Part shown: one piece after another, positions 1-9,383 of the stretch
Numbering within the stretch: position 1 is the first letter of the stretch
How the letters are laid out: the number at the start of each line of letters is the position of its first letter
Assembly (NCBI GenBank): GCA_029263415.1
Contig: JAJCXN010000048.1
Coordinates: forward strand, 75,169 to 139,168
From: Acidobacteriota bacterium
GTDB lineage: Bacteria > Acidobacteriota > Thermoanaerobaculia > Multivoradales > Multivoraceae
Direction: 5' to 3'
Length of the DNA: 64,000 nt
Position numbers and translations under genes: made by a program
Notes under the pieces: model-generated
Seen by the model: the letters and a program-made list of their open reading frames with translations, nothing else
What the model was told of the DNA's origin: nothing
The model's database searches: none

Positions 1-2114
1 AAGCGAACACCTCGCGGCGCTGGCGCAGACAGTGGACAAGACACACCGAAGGTTCGCTTCTGCGACACTTCGCGCTGCTACTAGCGGCAACAGTGCTATT
101 AGCGGTGGCGGCAGCGGGACCGTACTCGATCGGCAGTGTGACGGCTCAGCTTGAAGACCGCTCGATCGTGCTGTTGATCGATGCGTCGCTGAGCATGGCG
201 GCGAAGGATGTACCTCGGAGGGTGGTGGCTGATACTCAGCGACAGGCGGGCATGGATGTCGCCCACGAAGCGGCAACTGCTGACGGCGACACCGAAGACG
301 AATACATCTCGCGCCTGGACGCCGCCAAAGAGACTGCGCTGGCGCTGCTGCACGCCGAGCCCAAAGCACGCTTCGCCCTGGTGACCTTCAGCGGCGCGGC
401 GGTGATCCACAGTCCACCTACTTACGATCACCTCGGACTTGCCTCGCTGCTTCGCACACTGCGCCTGCACATCGACGTACCGACATCAGGCACGCGGTTC
501 AGCACTGCATTCGAGGCGGCGGCTCGGCTGGTGGCCTCACGCGAGGAGTCGGTGGAAGTGGTGCTGTTGAGCGATGGCGAACTGCCGGAGGTCGACGCAG
601 TGGACGAGGGTCTGCGTCTGCTTGAGCTGCGCGGCACGTTGGTCCATGCGATTGGTATCGGCGGGACTGACCCGGTGAACCTTCAGGCCTATCGCCTCGA
701 CGACATGCTGTGGAACGAGGATGAGAACCGTATTGCTACGTCGTTTCAAACCAGCCGCGTCGACGCAGAACTGCAGCGCATTGCCCAGCGCACCCGAGCG
801 GCATTCGTGGTACCTCAAGAGGGCGACGAGCTCGCACCGCTGCTCACAGCGCTCGAGAGCAACGTGCGAGCACGCGGACCGCAGATGCAAGGCGAGCGGG
901 ATTTGGCCTGGATACCGTTGCTGTTGTTCGCACTTCTCTTTCTACATGAGACGCTGTGGCTGGCGAAACTCGGCAAGACGCGGTGGATCGACGGTGTGCG
1001 TGAAGGCTCCGGGCCGCCAGGAGCTTCTGGGTGGCCGCTCGAGGCCGGTAACGGTTCTTTGACTACTGGGCCTCGAATTGGCGTCGGTGCCAGAGGGGGC
1101 ACGAGGCGCGGCGGCGGGAAAGCAGCGCTCGCGTTCGCACCGTTCCTGCTACTTGCCGAGTGCCCCGAACCCCTCGGCACCTCGTTCCGAGTGATCGGCG
1201 CAACCAGCCTCAACGAGGTCGGTCGCGAGTACGCCAAAGAAGAAGAATGGGTGGCAGCTCAGCTCGCGCTCCGTCACGCGGCAACGCTGGGTTGGCGGCA
1301 AGAAGTAAGCCGCACGAATCTGGCAACGGTACAGCTGAACGCGACACCTGATACCGAGCCACCATGGAAAACCGAAGAACCAACTCTAGACCCGCGAGTG
1401 GGCGCGAGGGTGGCGCACGAAACCTTCGAGCGGGTGTTGGAAGTGCATCCTCGGTATCGCCCCGCACAACACGGTGATGGCGTGGCCCTCTACCGCTGGG
1501 GCACGGAAGAACTCGATGTCGAAGCGTGCGAGAGAGAACGCACGCGTGTGCTCTGGGAGCAGGCGACGGATCGCTTCAAGGACGCCGGTCGATTGGCGCT
1601 CTGGTTCACCAAAGGGCGGCAAGTGGCGCTCTTGGCCCGCGGCAACGAAGCCGCAATGTTCGATCGGCTGGCGGAGCTCGACGCAATCGACAAGCGGTGC
1701 GAAGCGCCACCACCGCCAGAACCGGCGCAGCAACCACCGCTCGAACCTCCTCCGCCGGAAGACTCGGAAAGCCAGCCAGAGCCGGGAGACAGCGACGTAG
1801 ATGAGGGCGGAGAAGGCGGCGCGAACGGCGAGAGCGGCGAGAGCGGCGAGAGCGGCGAGAGCGGCGAGAGCGGCGAGAGCGGCGAGAGCGGCGAGAGCGG
1901 CGAGAGAAAATCTGACGACCAGCGGCAAGGGGGTGGCGGCGGGGGTGGAGGCGCTGAGGGAGGCCTTAGCGACGAGGAGAAGGAACAAGTCGCCGCAGCC
2001 TTGGAGCGGGTTCTCGGGGAGTCGCAACAGGCGCGGGGCTATCACCAACTGGGGCGATCGCAGCTGAACCCGGACAATGCGCGGGCGGGTCAAGGTCAGG
2101 TGCGGAAGTGGTGA
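1..2114 (+). CDS. VWA-domain membrane protein with TPR-like and low-complexity C-terminus (BatB/BatC-like fusion), 5'-truncated by window edge
   Basis: Frame is open from position 3. MIDAS motif DASLS, LSDGE, TM segment after the VWA domain, helical TPR-like region, Pro/Glu/Gly-rich tail ending VRKW. Confidence 0.8.
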   Translation, partial: ANTSRRWRRQWTRHTEGSLLRHFALLLAATVLLAVAAAGPYSIGSVTAQLEDRSIVLLIDASLSMAAKDVPRRVVADTQRQAGMDVAHEAATADGDTEDEYISRLDAAKETALALLHAEPKARFALVTFSGAAVIHSPPTYDHLGLASLLRTLRLHIDVPTSGTRFSTAFEAAARLVASREESVEVVLLSDGELPEVDAVDEGLRLLELRGTLVHAIGIGGTDPVNLQAYRLDDMLWNEDENRIATSFQTSRVDAELQRIAQRTRAAFVVPQEGDELAPLLTALESNVRARGPQMQGERDLAWIPLLLFALLFLHETLWLAKLGKTRWIDGVREGSGPPGASGWPLEAGNGSLTTGPRIGVGARGGTRRGGGKAALAFAPFLLLAECPEPLGTSFRVIGATSLNEVGREYAKEEEWVAAQLALRHAATLGWRQEVSRTNLATVQLNATPDTEPPWKTEEPTLDPRVGARVAHETFERVLEVHPRYRPAQHGDGVALYRWGTEELDVEACERERTRVLWEQATDRFKDAGRLALWFTKGRQVALLARGNEAAMFDRLAELDAIDKRCEAPPPPEPAQQPPLEPPPPEDSESQPEPGDSDVDEGGEGGANGESGESGESGESGESGESGESGESGERKSDDQRQGGGGGGGGAEGGLSDEEKEQVAAALERVLGESQQARGYHQLGRSQLNPDNARAGQGQVRKW
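1827..1907 (+). repeat. Coding 9-bp tandem repeat (GGCGAGAGC)x8 plus one variant, encoding (GES)8-GER
   Basis: Read directly from the sequence. Confidence 0.95.
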
Positions 2115-2224
2115 GCGCACCCTGTGCGGCGCTGGAGCTTCGAGAGCCACCTTGACCAGGGGGCTCTCAGTTCTTCATCACACCAGCCCCAGTCCGGTGA
2201 GCGATTGTTTGCTCATTCGCAAAG

Positions 2225-3184
2225 CTAGTCCACGACTAGCTCCACAGCACAGGCCGGGTCGATGACGTAGGCACTCGAATCACCAGAAGTTAGGCTGACC
2301 GTGTAAGACCCTGCGGCGGTATAGCTCCGGTTTCTGAGGTTGTGCCACCAGTAGCCATCAGCATCGAACCGAAACTGATTGCCGTGGGAGGCTCGGCCGG
2401 GCGCCAAGGCTTGGCTGGTCACATCGATAGGTTGGTCCCCTGAGCCGTCGTTGTAGGTCACCTGGAGGACTGGCCGGGCGACGAGGGTGGTGTCGGTCAA
2501 GTCCGTGCCGGAGTCATCCTGAAGGATGACTCTCAAAGGCAGGGATCGGCGGTGGCGCACAACAACCGGTCCGGTAGCTGCAGGCGGGCCGAATCCGTTG
2601 CAAGTGACCTGCGTTGGACGCTCGCCAGCAAAGCCAACGTTGTCTACGGTGAAACCGTCATTGCACTCAATCTCGACCAAGGCGATCTCTGCCGCAAAGA
2701 GCGCATGGAAGGCGACGCCGGTAAGACTGGTCTGCGTTTCGATCAAGGTGCCACTAGCATCGTAGGCGCGCACTTCAACCTGCTCAACCCCTTGACCTGC
2801 CCCATCTCCTGGCTGGCCTTGATGAACCTCGAAGCTGACCTCGTCCGGCAAGTAGGGCAACTCGAATTCCAGCGAGAGCACTCCGTTTCTGTTTGCCTGT
2901 GAAGGGTCGACGATGAAGGCACCGAAGCGATCGGCGCAATCGGTGGCGGAGCCGTTCGAAGTCACGCCCCTGCCGTCAGCAGGGGCGACGATGTCTCGAC
3001 AGTCGTTGGTCGGATTCCCCGGGCCTTGAGGGGAGCCGAAGATTTCGACTCCGTCAAAGCTACCGTTGTTGGGGCCGAGCGGGGCCGACTCAAAATCGAT
3101 CACCTTTTGAAACCGTTCGGCCGTTGCAATTGAGGTCTGTAGGACGACAATGAGAAGCATCGAGGCGGGTCTTGTTACAAGCAT
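2225..3184 (-). CDS. Secreted protein with C-terminal PxKF-like Ig-fold domain
   Basis: Likely ATG at 3184 followed by a signal peptide (MLVTRPASMLLIVVLQTSIATA). VIDFE start of a beta-sandwich. C-terminal GFGPP...SLPLRV...QFRFDADGYWWHNL...GSYTVSL resembles PxKF domains. Confidence 0.6.
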   Translation of the reverse strand: MLVTRPASMLLIVVLQTSIATAERFQKVIDFESAPLGPNNGSFDGVEIFGSPQGPGNPTNDCRDIVAPADGRGVTSNGSATDCADRFGAFIVDPSQANRNGVLSLEFELPYLPDEVSFEVHQGQPGDGAGQGVEQVEVRAYDASGTLIETQTSLTGVAFHALFAAEIALVEIECNDGFTVDNVGFAGERPTQVTCNGFGPPAATGPVVVRHRRSLPLRVILQDDSGTDLTDTTLVARPVLQVTYNDGSGDQPIDVTSQALAPGRASHGNQFRFDADGYWWHNLRNRSYTAAGSYTVSLTSGDSSAYVIDPACAVELVVD

Positions 3185-3483
3185 TGAACGTGCATCCTTC
3201 TTCTGTAGAAGAGTTGGCCAGAAATCAAGTTTTCGGGCGTGTTTGGCTTTGTCTCGCCCGCCTTCCAGCGGGGTCCGAGAGGAGACATTGACGAAGGCCT
3301 GTGCCTTGTCGAAGGGGTTGATAGCACTGGCCCGGGAGCCCTCGCAACGAGAATGGTGGGAGATGATCATCGCTGATCATTTCTGTACCTAGGGCCCGCT
3401 GTGACCCATGGGCGAACCTGGAATTTTCAATCCCGTCACGGCCGATTCTCTGGGCGTCGAGCAGGGGCTCCCTACTCACTCAA

Positions 3484-5547
3484 CTACCGGAACTGCGAGT
3501 TCTCAAGTCTCTGGCTGCGCACATCGATCAGTTCAAGGTGCGATCGAACAACTGGATTGAAACGGGACTCTCGTTGGGCGGCTGCTAGCGCCTCAAGAGC
3601 GACCAGCCGCGCCTTCCCGGACTCACCGGTTCGCGCCAACAACTCGGCCTCGAGCGACCGGAGCATAGGCCGAGCCTCGGAATTGGAGCCTTGTTCCTGT
3701 CGCACCATCTCCAGAAGGTCCGTCGCCAAGATCAGTCCGTTGGCTTGCAGCAGCTCCAAGCCCCAGTACCTAATGTAGTCGGGACCACCGCTTGCCAGTT
3801 GGCGCGCGACTTCGTCGCTTTGATTGATGCCCGCTCGCCAAAGCACGTACGCCCTCAGTGCGACTTCGTATTGACCTATGCCAATCTGCCGGCTGGCCGA
3901 TGCGATATCGCTTAGAGCCTGGTCGAAATGGCCGAGATCGACGCGCGTCAGCGCCAACCCGCGGAGCAATTCCCAAGCGGGCCGGCTCTTGGTGCTTTCC
4001 GTGCTGTCGCTCATGAGGCCGCGTTGGTACCAGGTGGCCGCTTCTTCGAAGTTGCCGGCAACGTGAAAAGCGGCAGCGATCTCGAAGGCGTGTCGGTACT
4101 TTCCGAGATTGTCGCTTCTAATTGCGGCAGCGTGTTCTCGTGCTTCGGAGGTTCTGCCGGCTAAGGCCAACATCCGCACTTCTAAGTGCCTCAACCAATC
4201 CAGAAGATTCGGAAAGCCCGCTGCAACAACCAGCTCGATTGCCTGCTGGATCGGTGCCACGCAGAGAGCGAAGGCTCCCCGTTCGGCGTAGCGATTCGCG
4301 TCGCGTGCCAACTCATAGGCGCTGTTCCTAGCCGCGAGCCTTTGTTCTCGCGGGAGATCGGACGCCTGTGACATGTCGAGTCCATCGAAGTCGATGACCT
4401 TGCCAGTATCGTTTCCAGCGATGATGGTGATGGTCCGCGCTTGCTCGTCTATCGACAGGCACCGCCCGCCCGCTCGGCAACCGATCGGCTGACCAAGGGC
4501 ATACCAGGCAAGACCACCGGATGCGGCAGGGCCGAAGTCGTAGTTGGGCGAACCGGCTCCTCCAGCAGACAGACCCAGCTCATGCAAGCGAGGCTTGAGC
4601 CAAGTGGCAGCGAGTCCTGACCGCCAACCCATCAGATTGTTCTGGCCCTCGAACAGCAGCAAGTCTGGACTGCCATCCCGGTCCAGATCAAGAGAGCCGA
4701 CGAAATCGTGGTGCCCGGTGGATGCGTAGAGCATGCTGACTCGGTTGCGAAGGGGCTCGTAGAGAACCGAATAGGCGGGCCAGTTGGGAGTGTGCCGAAA
4801 CGTCGCGAGCAGCTCGTGCACTCCATCAGTGTCGAAGTCGATGGCCTGGAGCCGGCCCGTATACTGGTTGGAATAGCTGCGGAAGAGTTTGTCGGCTTCG
4901 AATAGCAGCCTGGCTGGCTGCATTGGCGCGCCTGTGTTTGGCTCGAAGAAGACTAGTTCAGGCGTCGCAACGTGGCTTCTAGCCGACGTGAGTAGCCCGA
5001 CCGCCGCTAACTTCCCCTTGGAGGTGATGGTTGCCAACACCATTCTCTCCGGATCGAGTTCATGATCGCTCCAGAGCCACGGTCGATCCCTCGACACGGA
5101 GATTGAACCGTCTGCAGATTGCTTGGAATTCGAGGACCCATCTTCTGTGCTGTCGGTTCTGAGTGCGATGACGCCAATGGCAGTGACCAGGACGATCGCA
5201 GACAACGCGACGAGTAACTTCCACCGGGTTAGTGCCCTAGACCAGCCAGAGTGAAGCGCCTCTGGTTTCGATGGGAGCTGGAGCTTAGAGCTGTGAGGGC
5301 AGTCGGACTTTGAACTCGGAGCAAGTATTGAGGATCGACCTTCGTCTTGGGCCTGCATCCAGGCGTCCAGTTCGTCAGGCCAAGCGTAGTACCTCGGTTT
5401 GATCTTCGAGCCGATGGTGTGAAGCGGCAGCCCTCCCTCACGGAGGTACTTCTTGACTGTGGTTCTTGAGTCCCACCCGCAGTAGCGAGCGATCTGCTTC
5501 AACCCCTCGATCCGAGCACGACTGTTCAATTCAGGAGGGCTCATCAC
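3484..5547 (-). CDS. Transmembrane one-component regulator: N-terminal excisionase/AlpA-like HTH, TM, FG-GAP-like repeats, TPR
   Basis: N-terminal GLKQIARYCGWDSRTTVKKYLREGGLP...YAWPDELDAW, one TM helix, DFDTDGVHEL and DLDRDGSPDL repeats, helical C-terminus. Confidence 0.75.
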   Translation of the reverse strand: MMSPPELNSRARIEGLKQIARYCGWDSRTTVKKYLREGGLPLHTIGSKIKPRYYAWPDELDAWMQAQDEGRSSILAPSSKSDCPHSSKLQLPSKPEALHSGWSRALTRWKLLVALSAIVLVTAIGVIALRTDSTEDGSSNSKQSADGSISVSRDRPWLWSDHELDPERMVLATITSKGKLAAVGLLTSARSHVATPELVFFEPNTGAPMQPARLLFEADKLFRSYSNQYTGRLQAIDFDTDGVHELLATFRHTPNWPAYSVLYEPLRNRVSMLYASTGHHDFVGSLDLDRDGSPDLLLFEGQNNLMGWRSGLAATWLKPRLHELGLSAGGAGSPNYDFGPAASGGLAWYALGQPIGCRAGGRCLSIDEQARTITIIAGNDTGKVIDFDGLDMSQASDLPREQRLAARNSAYELARDANRYAERGAFALCVAPIQQAIELVVAAGFPNLLDWLRHLEVRMLALAGRTSEAREHAAAIRSDNLGKYRHAFEIAAAFHVAGNFEEAATWYQRGLMSDSTESTKSRPAWELLRGLALTRVDLGHFDQALSDIASASRQIGIGQYEVALRAYVLWRAGINQSDEVARQLASGGPDYIRYWGLELLQANGLILATDLLEMVRQEQGSNSEARPMLRSLEAELLARTGESGKARLVALEALAAAQRESRFNPVVRSHLELIDVRSQRLENSQFR

Positions 5548-6046
5548 CGTGGTCTAGCCCAGCAGCGCTCTGATCTGTGAGGGTGCCGACGCTTTCGAAA
5601 GCGGCAGGAAACTCCTCTTGTGGAGGCCGCGCGAACACCCCGCCAAGCTAACGCCAGGGGGCCTGTTTTCAGACTCGCTGCTCCTGCCAAATGATTCTGT
5701 TCCCTGTGCACACGCTTTCCAGTCAGCTACGCCGCGAGTTCTTTGCAGATGCCTCAAACCGCCGACGGCAGCAGACTGCAGGAATCCCTCAAATGAAACC
5801 TATCGTAGAGTAAATCGCGCATTTTAGAGAGTGTTCGAATCGACGGAATCTCTCCGATTCGAGCCCCCCACCTGCCTCATCTGGCCGTGGTGCGTCAATC
5901 AGCGTCGCCGGCAAGCTGCTGCGGAGTTATCCGCCGGCTACTACTCCGACTGCATCTAGTACCACGACAAACCTCGACCCTCAGCGGCGCAAGTTCGCAC
6001 CACACTCAGCTGTCGAAGGCGCCGTCCCCTTATTCCTTCTCGACTG

Positions 6047-6919
6047 CTATTCCGCCAGACTCGCTTTCAGGAACCGCGCCAGCTTCCAGTGCAGCGACAA
6101 ACCGCCCTGACGGTGTACGTCCAGGTGACCTGCCCGAGGCACGCTGGCCCACTGCTTAGGTTCGGCGGCCGCCTGGTACAAGGCGTCCCCCATCGCGTAC
6201 GGAATAGTTCCGTCTTCGCTGCCGTGAATGAAGAACTTCGGCACGGTGATCTTCGGCACCTTGTCGATAGAACGAAACTTGGTACTGGCGAGCCAATGCA
6301 TTGGAACCGTGCGGAAGCGTTCCCGAGCGACGTCTCTGGTATTGGTGAAGGTCGCCTGCACCACGAGTGCCGCCACTTCGCAGTCGAGCGCCGCGTCGAT
6401 CGCCACGGCTCCGCCGAGCGAGTGGCCGTACAGCACGATCCGTGTCGGCGGCTCGCCGCGCTCCTCGGTCAAGTATCGATACGCCGCTCTGACGTCTGCA
6501 AACAATCCGCGTTCGCTCGGCGTGCCTGAACTGCGTCCATAACCACGGTAGTCAAGGGCAAAGACATTCAGCTTGAATCGGCGCAGTGCCTGGTAGGCGC
6601 CGATCTGGCTTGACAGGTTGCCTGCGTTGCCATGGCAGTAGAGCAAGGTCCCCTTCGCGCGCGGGTGCTGAATCCACCAACCATGAAGGCGCACTCCGTC
6701 GGTCGATTCGAACCAGACATCCTCAGCCTGGAGTCCGAACGGTGCCGGATCCCAGATGCCGTTGGGGTAGACCTCGGGCAGAAACATCTGCGAATGCTCG
6801 AACCGATTGCGTAGTTGACCAAGGGCGCCGACCGCGCCGGCGGTCAGGAGGCCCGGCATCGCTCGGCGCACGAGCGAAGGGGTCGGTTTTTCTTGTGTGC
6901 TTGTAGTTTCGTTACTCAT
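6047..6919 (-). CDS. Alpha/beta hydrolase (ABHD17/YfhR-like)
   Basis: HGNAGN, DYRGYG, nucleophile motif GHSLG, IHGSEDG, AGH. Likely ATG at 6919. Confidence 0.9.
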   Translation of the reverse strand: MSNETTSTQEKPTPSLVRRAMPGLLTAGAVGALGQLRNRFEHSQMFLPEVYPNGIWDPAPFGLQAEDVWFESTDGVRLHGWWIQHPRAKGTLLYCHGNAGNLSSQIGAYQALRRFKLNVFALDYRGYGRSSGTPSERGLFADVRAAYRYLTEERGEPPTRIVLYGHSLGGAVAIDAALDCEVAALVVQATFTNTRDVARERFRTVPMHWLASTKFRSIDKVPKITVPKFFIHGSEDGTIPYAMGDALYQAAAEPKQWASVPRAGHLDVHRQGGLSLHWKLARFLKASLAE

Positions 6920-7496
6920 GGTTCCACCGGGGCCTGTGAGGCCGACGATCTCAGAGTTCAAGACAACAGCTTTTGCAGCGATTTTGTTTCGAAGAAGAGA
7001 GTATTTTGCGACGACTTACCTTTGCCAGAATCCCTGTCCTCTTTGCCTCACTCTCTTCTGAGAGTGCCCGCAATCTGCTACTCGACGCGTAGAACTCTCC
7101 GGCCCTCTGCCTACTCGAGCCTCTCAGCCCACTGGACAATCACCGGCCGGCGGGAAGCCCGACTTCAGTACCGAGTGCTCCCCTTGCCTTCGAGTTCCGC
7201 CGATTGCCTTCAGTTCCGCTGATGAAGGAGGAGTCCGAGCGCGTCCGCGTATCCCGCCATACCCACTAGGAGGCGACTTTCCCGGGGGCCGTTTGGCCCC
7301 AATTGGGACCATTGACGCATGCATCTAGGGAAGGGGGGCACTGGGGTGTTCCCACACGTGACCTTTCGGGATCTATGCACAGGGTTCCTGTGCCTATCAA
7401 AGCGGGCCACAAGTACCACGCTTTCTTCAGCCGCTCAGCCGGTCGACCACGAGTGGTTCGGTCGGTCTTTGGAAATCAAAACGAGGAATACTCCTG

Positions 7497-7886
7497 ATGA
7501 ATCACCCTTGGCATGGGAAATCGCCGACTTCTTCGGCTCGACCCAAACGCAGTCGGTGGGCTGCCGGTCGCTTCCAGTGGTTGGTCTCGATCGCTGTTGC
7601 TTGTCTGCTCTTCAGCGCGGGAGGCCTTCTCAGCGAGACAGTTGGAGAGGACTTTTCTGCGCGTGCACGAGCGCTAAGGCCAGGTGAAGGCCGCTCTGCT
7701 TCAGGGTCTTTTGTCCTGGATCAGCGGAGGTCATCGGCCGCTAGCTCTTCACAGGGCGATGCATTTGTGCTCAACAGGGTGTCTTCGATGGACCCTGAGG
7801 AGCAGCCAGCCGAATCCGACTGTCTGTGTTCCGCTTCACTCTTTCAAGACGGCTTTGAATCAGGAGATATCAGCTCATGGAATTGA
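7497..7886 (+). CDS. Small secreted protein with C-terminal LFQDGFESGDISSW tail
   Basis: Hydrophobic signal segment, repeated GxFVL motif, DGFES tail. Stop overlaps the next ATG (TGATG). Confidence 0.75.
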   Translation: MNHPWHGKSPTSSARPKRSRWAAGRFQWLVSIAVACLLFSAGGLLSETVGEDFSARARALRPGEGRSASGSFVLDQRRSSAASSSQGDAFVLNRVSSMDPEEQPAESDCLCSASLFQDGFESGDISSWN

Positions 7887-9175
7887 TGAACGGCTCAAGA
7901 ACACGTGGCAGGTGCAGCGGACCCGTACTGTTGACCGTATTGTTGGCGGCAGTGATGGTCGCGTGCGGTGCGATGGCTAGTGAGTTCGAAATAGGAACAG
8001 AGTTTACGTATCAGGGCGATCTGCAGTTTGGAGGTGCTCCCGCAGAGGGCTCCTACGACTTCGAGTTTCATCTCTACGATCAAGCCGAGGGCGGCACCTA
8101 TCTTGGTCTCGTCGCTCGTGACCAACTGCCCGTGGTCGGGGGTTCGTTCGCAACAAGGCTCGACTATGGCGTAGACATGTTCTCTCGAAGCGAGGGGTGG
8201 GTGGAGATCCACGTGCGCTCGGTCGGAGTTGGCAACTACACTGAACTTTCGCCACGTCAACGGGTCTCAGGTTCGAGGGGCTCTGCTTGCACAGTCAACG
8301 GAGATCTAGTGGTCGAGGGCAACCTTGGGGTTCAGAGACCGTTACCCAACACCCCGCTCCACGTCGCCGGCGGATCGGACGCCTCCCCAGGTGGTGGCGG
8401 CGTGGTGATGATCGGCGAACCGAACACCCAGAACATTGTCATGGACACCAACGAGATCATGGCCCGCAACAATCTTCAGGCTTCAACGCTCTATCTGAAT
8501 CACGATGGTGGCGACATCAGTTTGGGTGGCTTTCTGGGCGCCGGTGGGGTTACGGTGCCAACCGCACCAATTGACACAGTGGACCAAGAAGCGACTGTGA
8601 ATGGAGGTGGGGCGATCCGAATCCGGGGTGGGCTGCAAAGCCTGCTCATTGATCGAGACGAGATCCAGGTCGGAGGGCTGGGCGCCCCAGGTGTCCTAAA
8701 ACTCAACGAACAAGGAGGCAATGTCGGCATTGCTTCGACCGCTCCGGCGGCACCCTTGCATGTCGGGGTGGGAGGCCCTGACGCGTCGCCAAGCGGCGGT
8801 GGGGTTCTGGTGTTAGGCCCCATCAGCGGCGGCAACCTGGCCTTTGACAACAACGAGATCATGGCCCGTGCCGACGGTGCGCCGAGTGCCCTTTACTTAA
8901 ACCGCGAAGGCGGCAATGTGCACGTCGGCGGTGACCTCCACATCGGCTTGGAGATCGTCAAGAAGAGTGCGTCCGAAATCGTCTATGTGAGCGTCGCCTG
9001 TTCTGCGGGCAAGCAGATACTGGGCGGTGGTTGTTTTAACAACCAGGATTCGAACCTGGAATACTCCTACCCGGCAGGTAACGGTTGGAGCTGCGGTTTC
9101 GAAGATGAGGTACACACGATCACGGTCTGGGCTATCTGCGCCGATGTAGGAGCAGCCCAGTTGATCAACTTGTAA
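7886..9175 (+). CDS. Secreted fibre/adhesin-like protein with three internal ~55-aa repeats
   Basis: Signal peptide, FTYQG...YDFEFHLYD N-domain, three repeats of the type LHV..DAS.GGG...DxNEIMAR...LYLNxxGG, Cys-rich C-terminal VACSAGKQILGGGC...GWSC...WAICA. Confidence 0.7.
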   Translation: MNGSRTRGRCSGPVLLTVLLAAVMVACGAMASEFEIGTEFTYQGDLQFGGAPAEGSYDFEFHLYDQAEGGTYLGLVARDQLPVVGGSFATRLDYGVDMFSRSEGWVEIHVRSVGVGNYTELSPRQRVSGSRGSACTVNGDLVVEGNLGVQRPLPNTPLHVAGGSDASPGGGGVVMIGEPNTQNIVMDTNEIMARNNLQASTLYLNHDGGDISLGGFLGAGGVTVPTAPIDTVDQEATVNGGGAIRIRGGLQSLLIDRDEIQVGGLGAPGVLKLNEQGGNVGIASTAPAAPLHVGVGGPDASPSGGGVLVLGPISGGNLAFDNNEIMARADGAPSALYLNREGGNVHVGGDLHIGLEIVKKSASEIVYVSVACSAGKQILGGGCFNNQDSNLEYSYPAGNGWSCGFEDEVHTITVWAICADVGAAQLINL

Positions 9176-9256
9176 CCCTAGACTCTCTTTGACCGGCAAA
9201 CTTGAGCCAGCCAGTGCAAGTGCGTTTTCCAAGTCCGGCCGCAGACAGGCCTTAAG

Positions 9257-9349
9257 CCCAGCGGTGTCAACGCGGGCTGCATTGCTGATCGTCAACGGCA
9301 GGCGTAGCTCAAACGAACCGTGATGAACTTGGAAGGACGCTCCGGCACC
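9257..9349 (-). repeat. 93-bp remnant duplicating 17053-17145 of the selenoprotein gene
   Basis: Manual ungapped alignment gives 8 mismatches in 93 bp, same orientation. Confidence 0.9.
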
Positions 9350-9383
9350 TCTGCGAAAGGTGGCAGCCGCTAACCATCAACAG

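Noticed and set aside
1827..1907. Possible CRISPR array, here or elsewhere in the window
   Set aside because: Contiguous 9-bp units with no spacers; no repeat-spacer array or cas gene seen anywhere.
1386..2150. Minus-strand ORF with (ALA)n repeat, and the plus-strand (AAR)n ORF
   Set aside because: Alternative-frame shadows of the GGCGAGAGC repeat inside the VWA gene.
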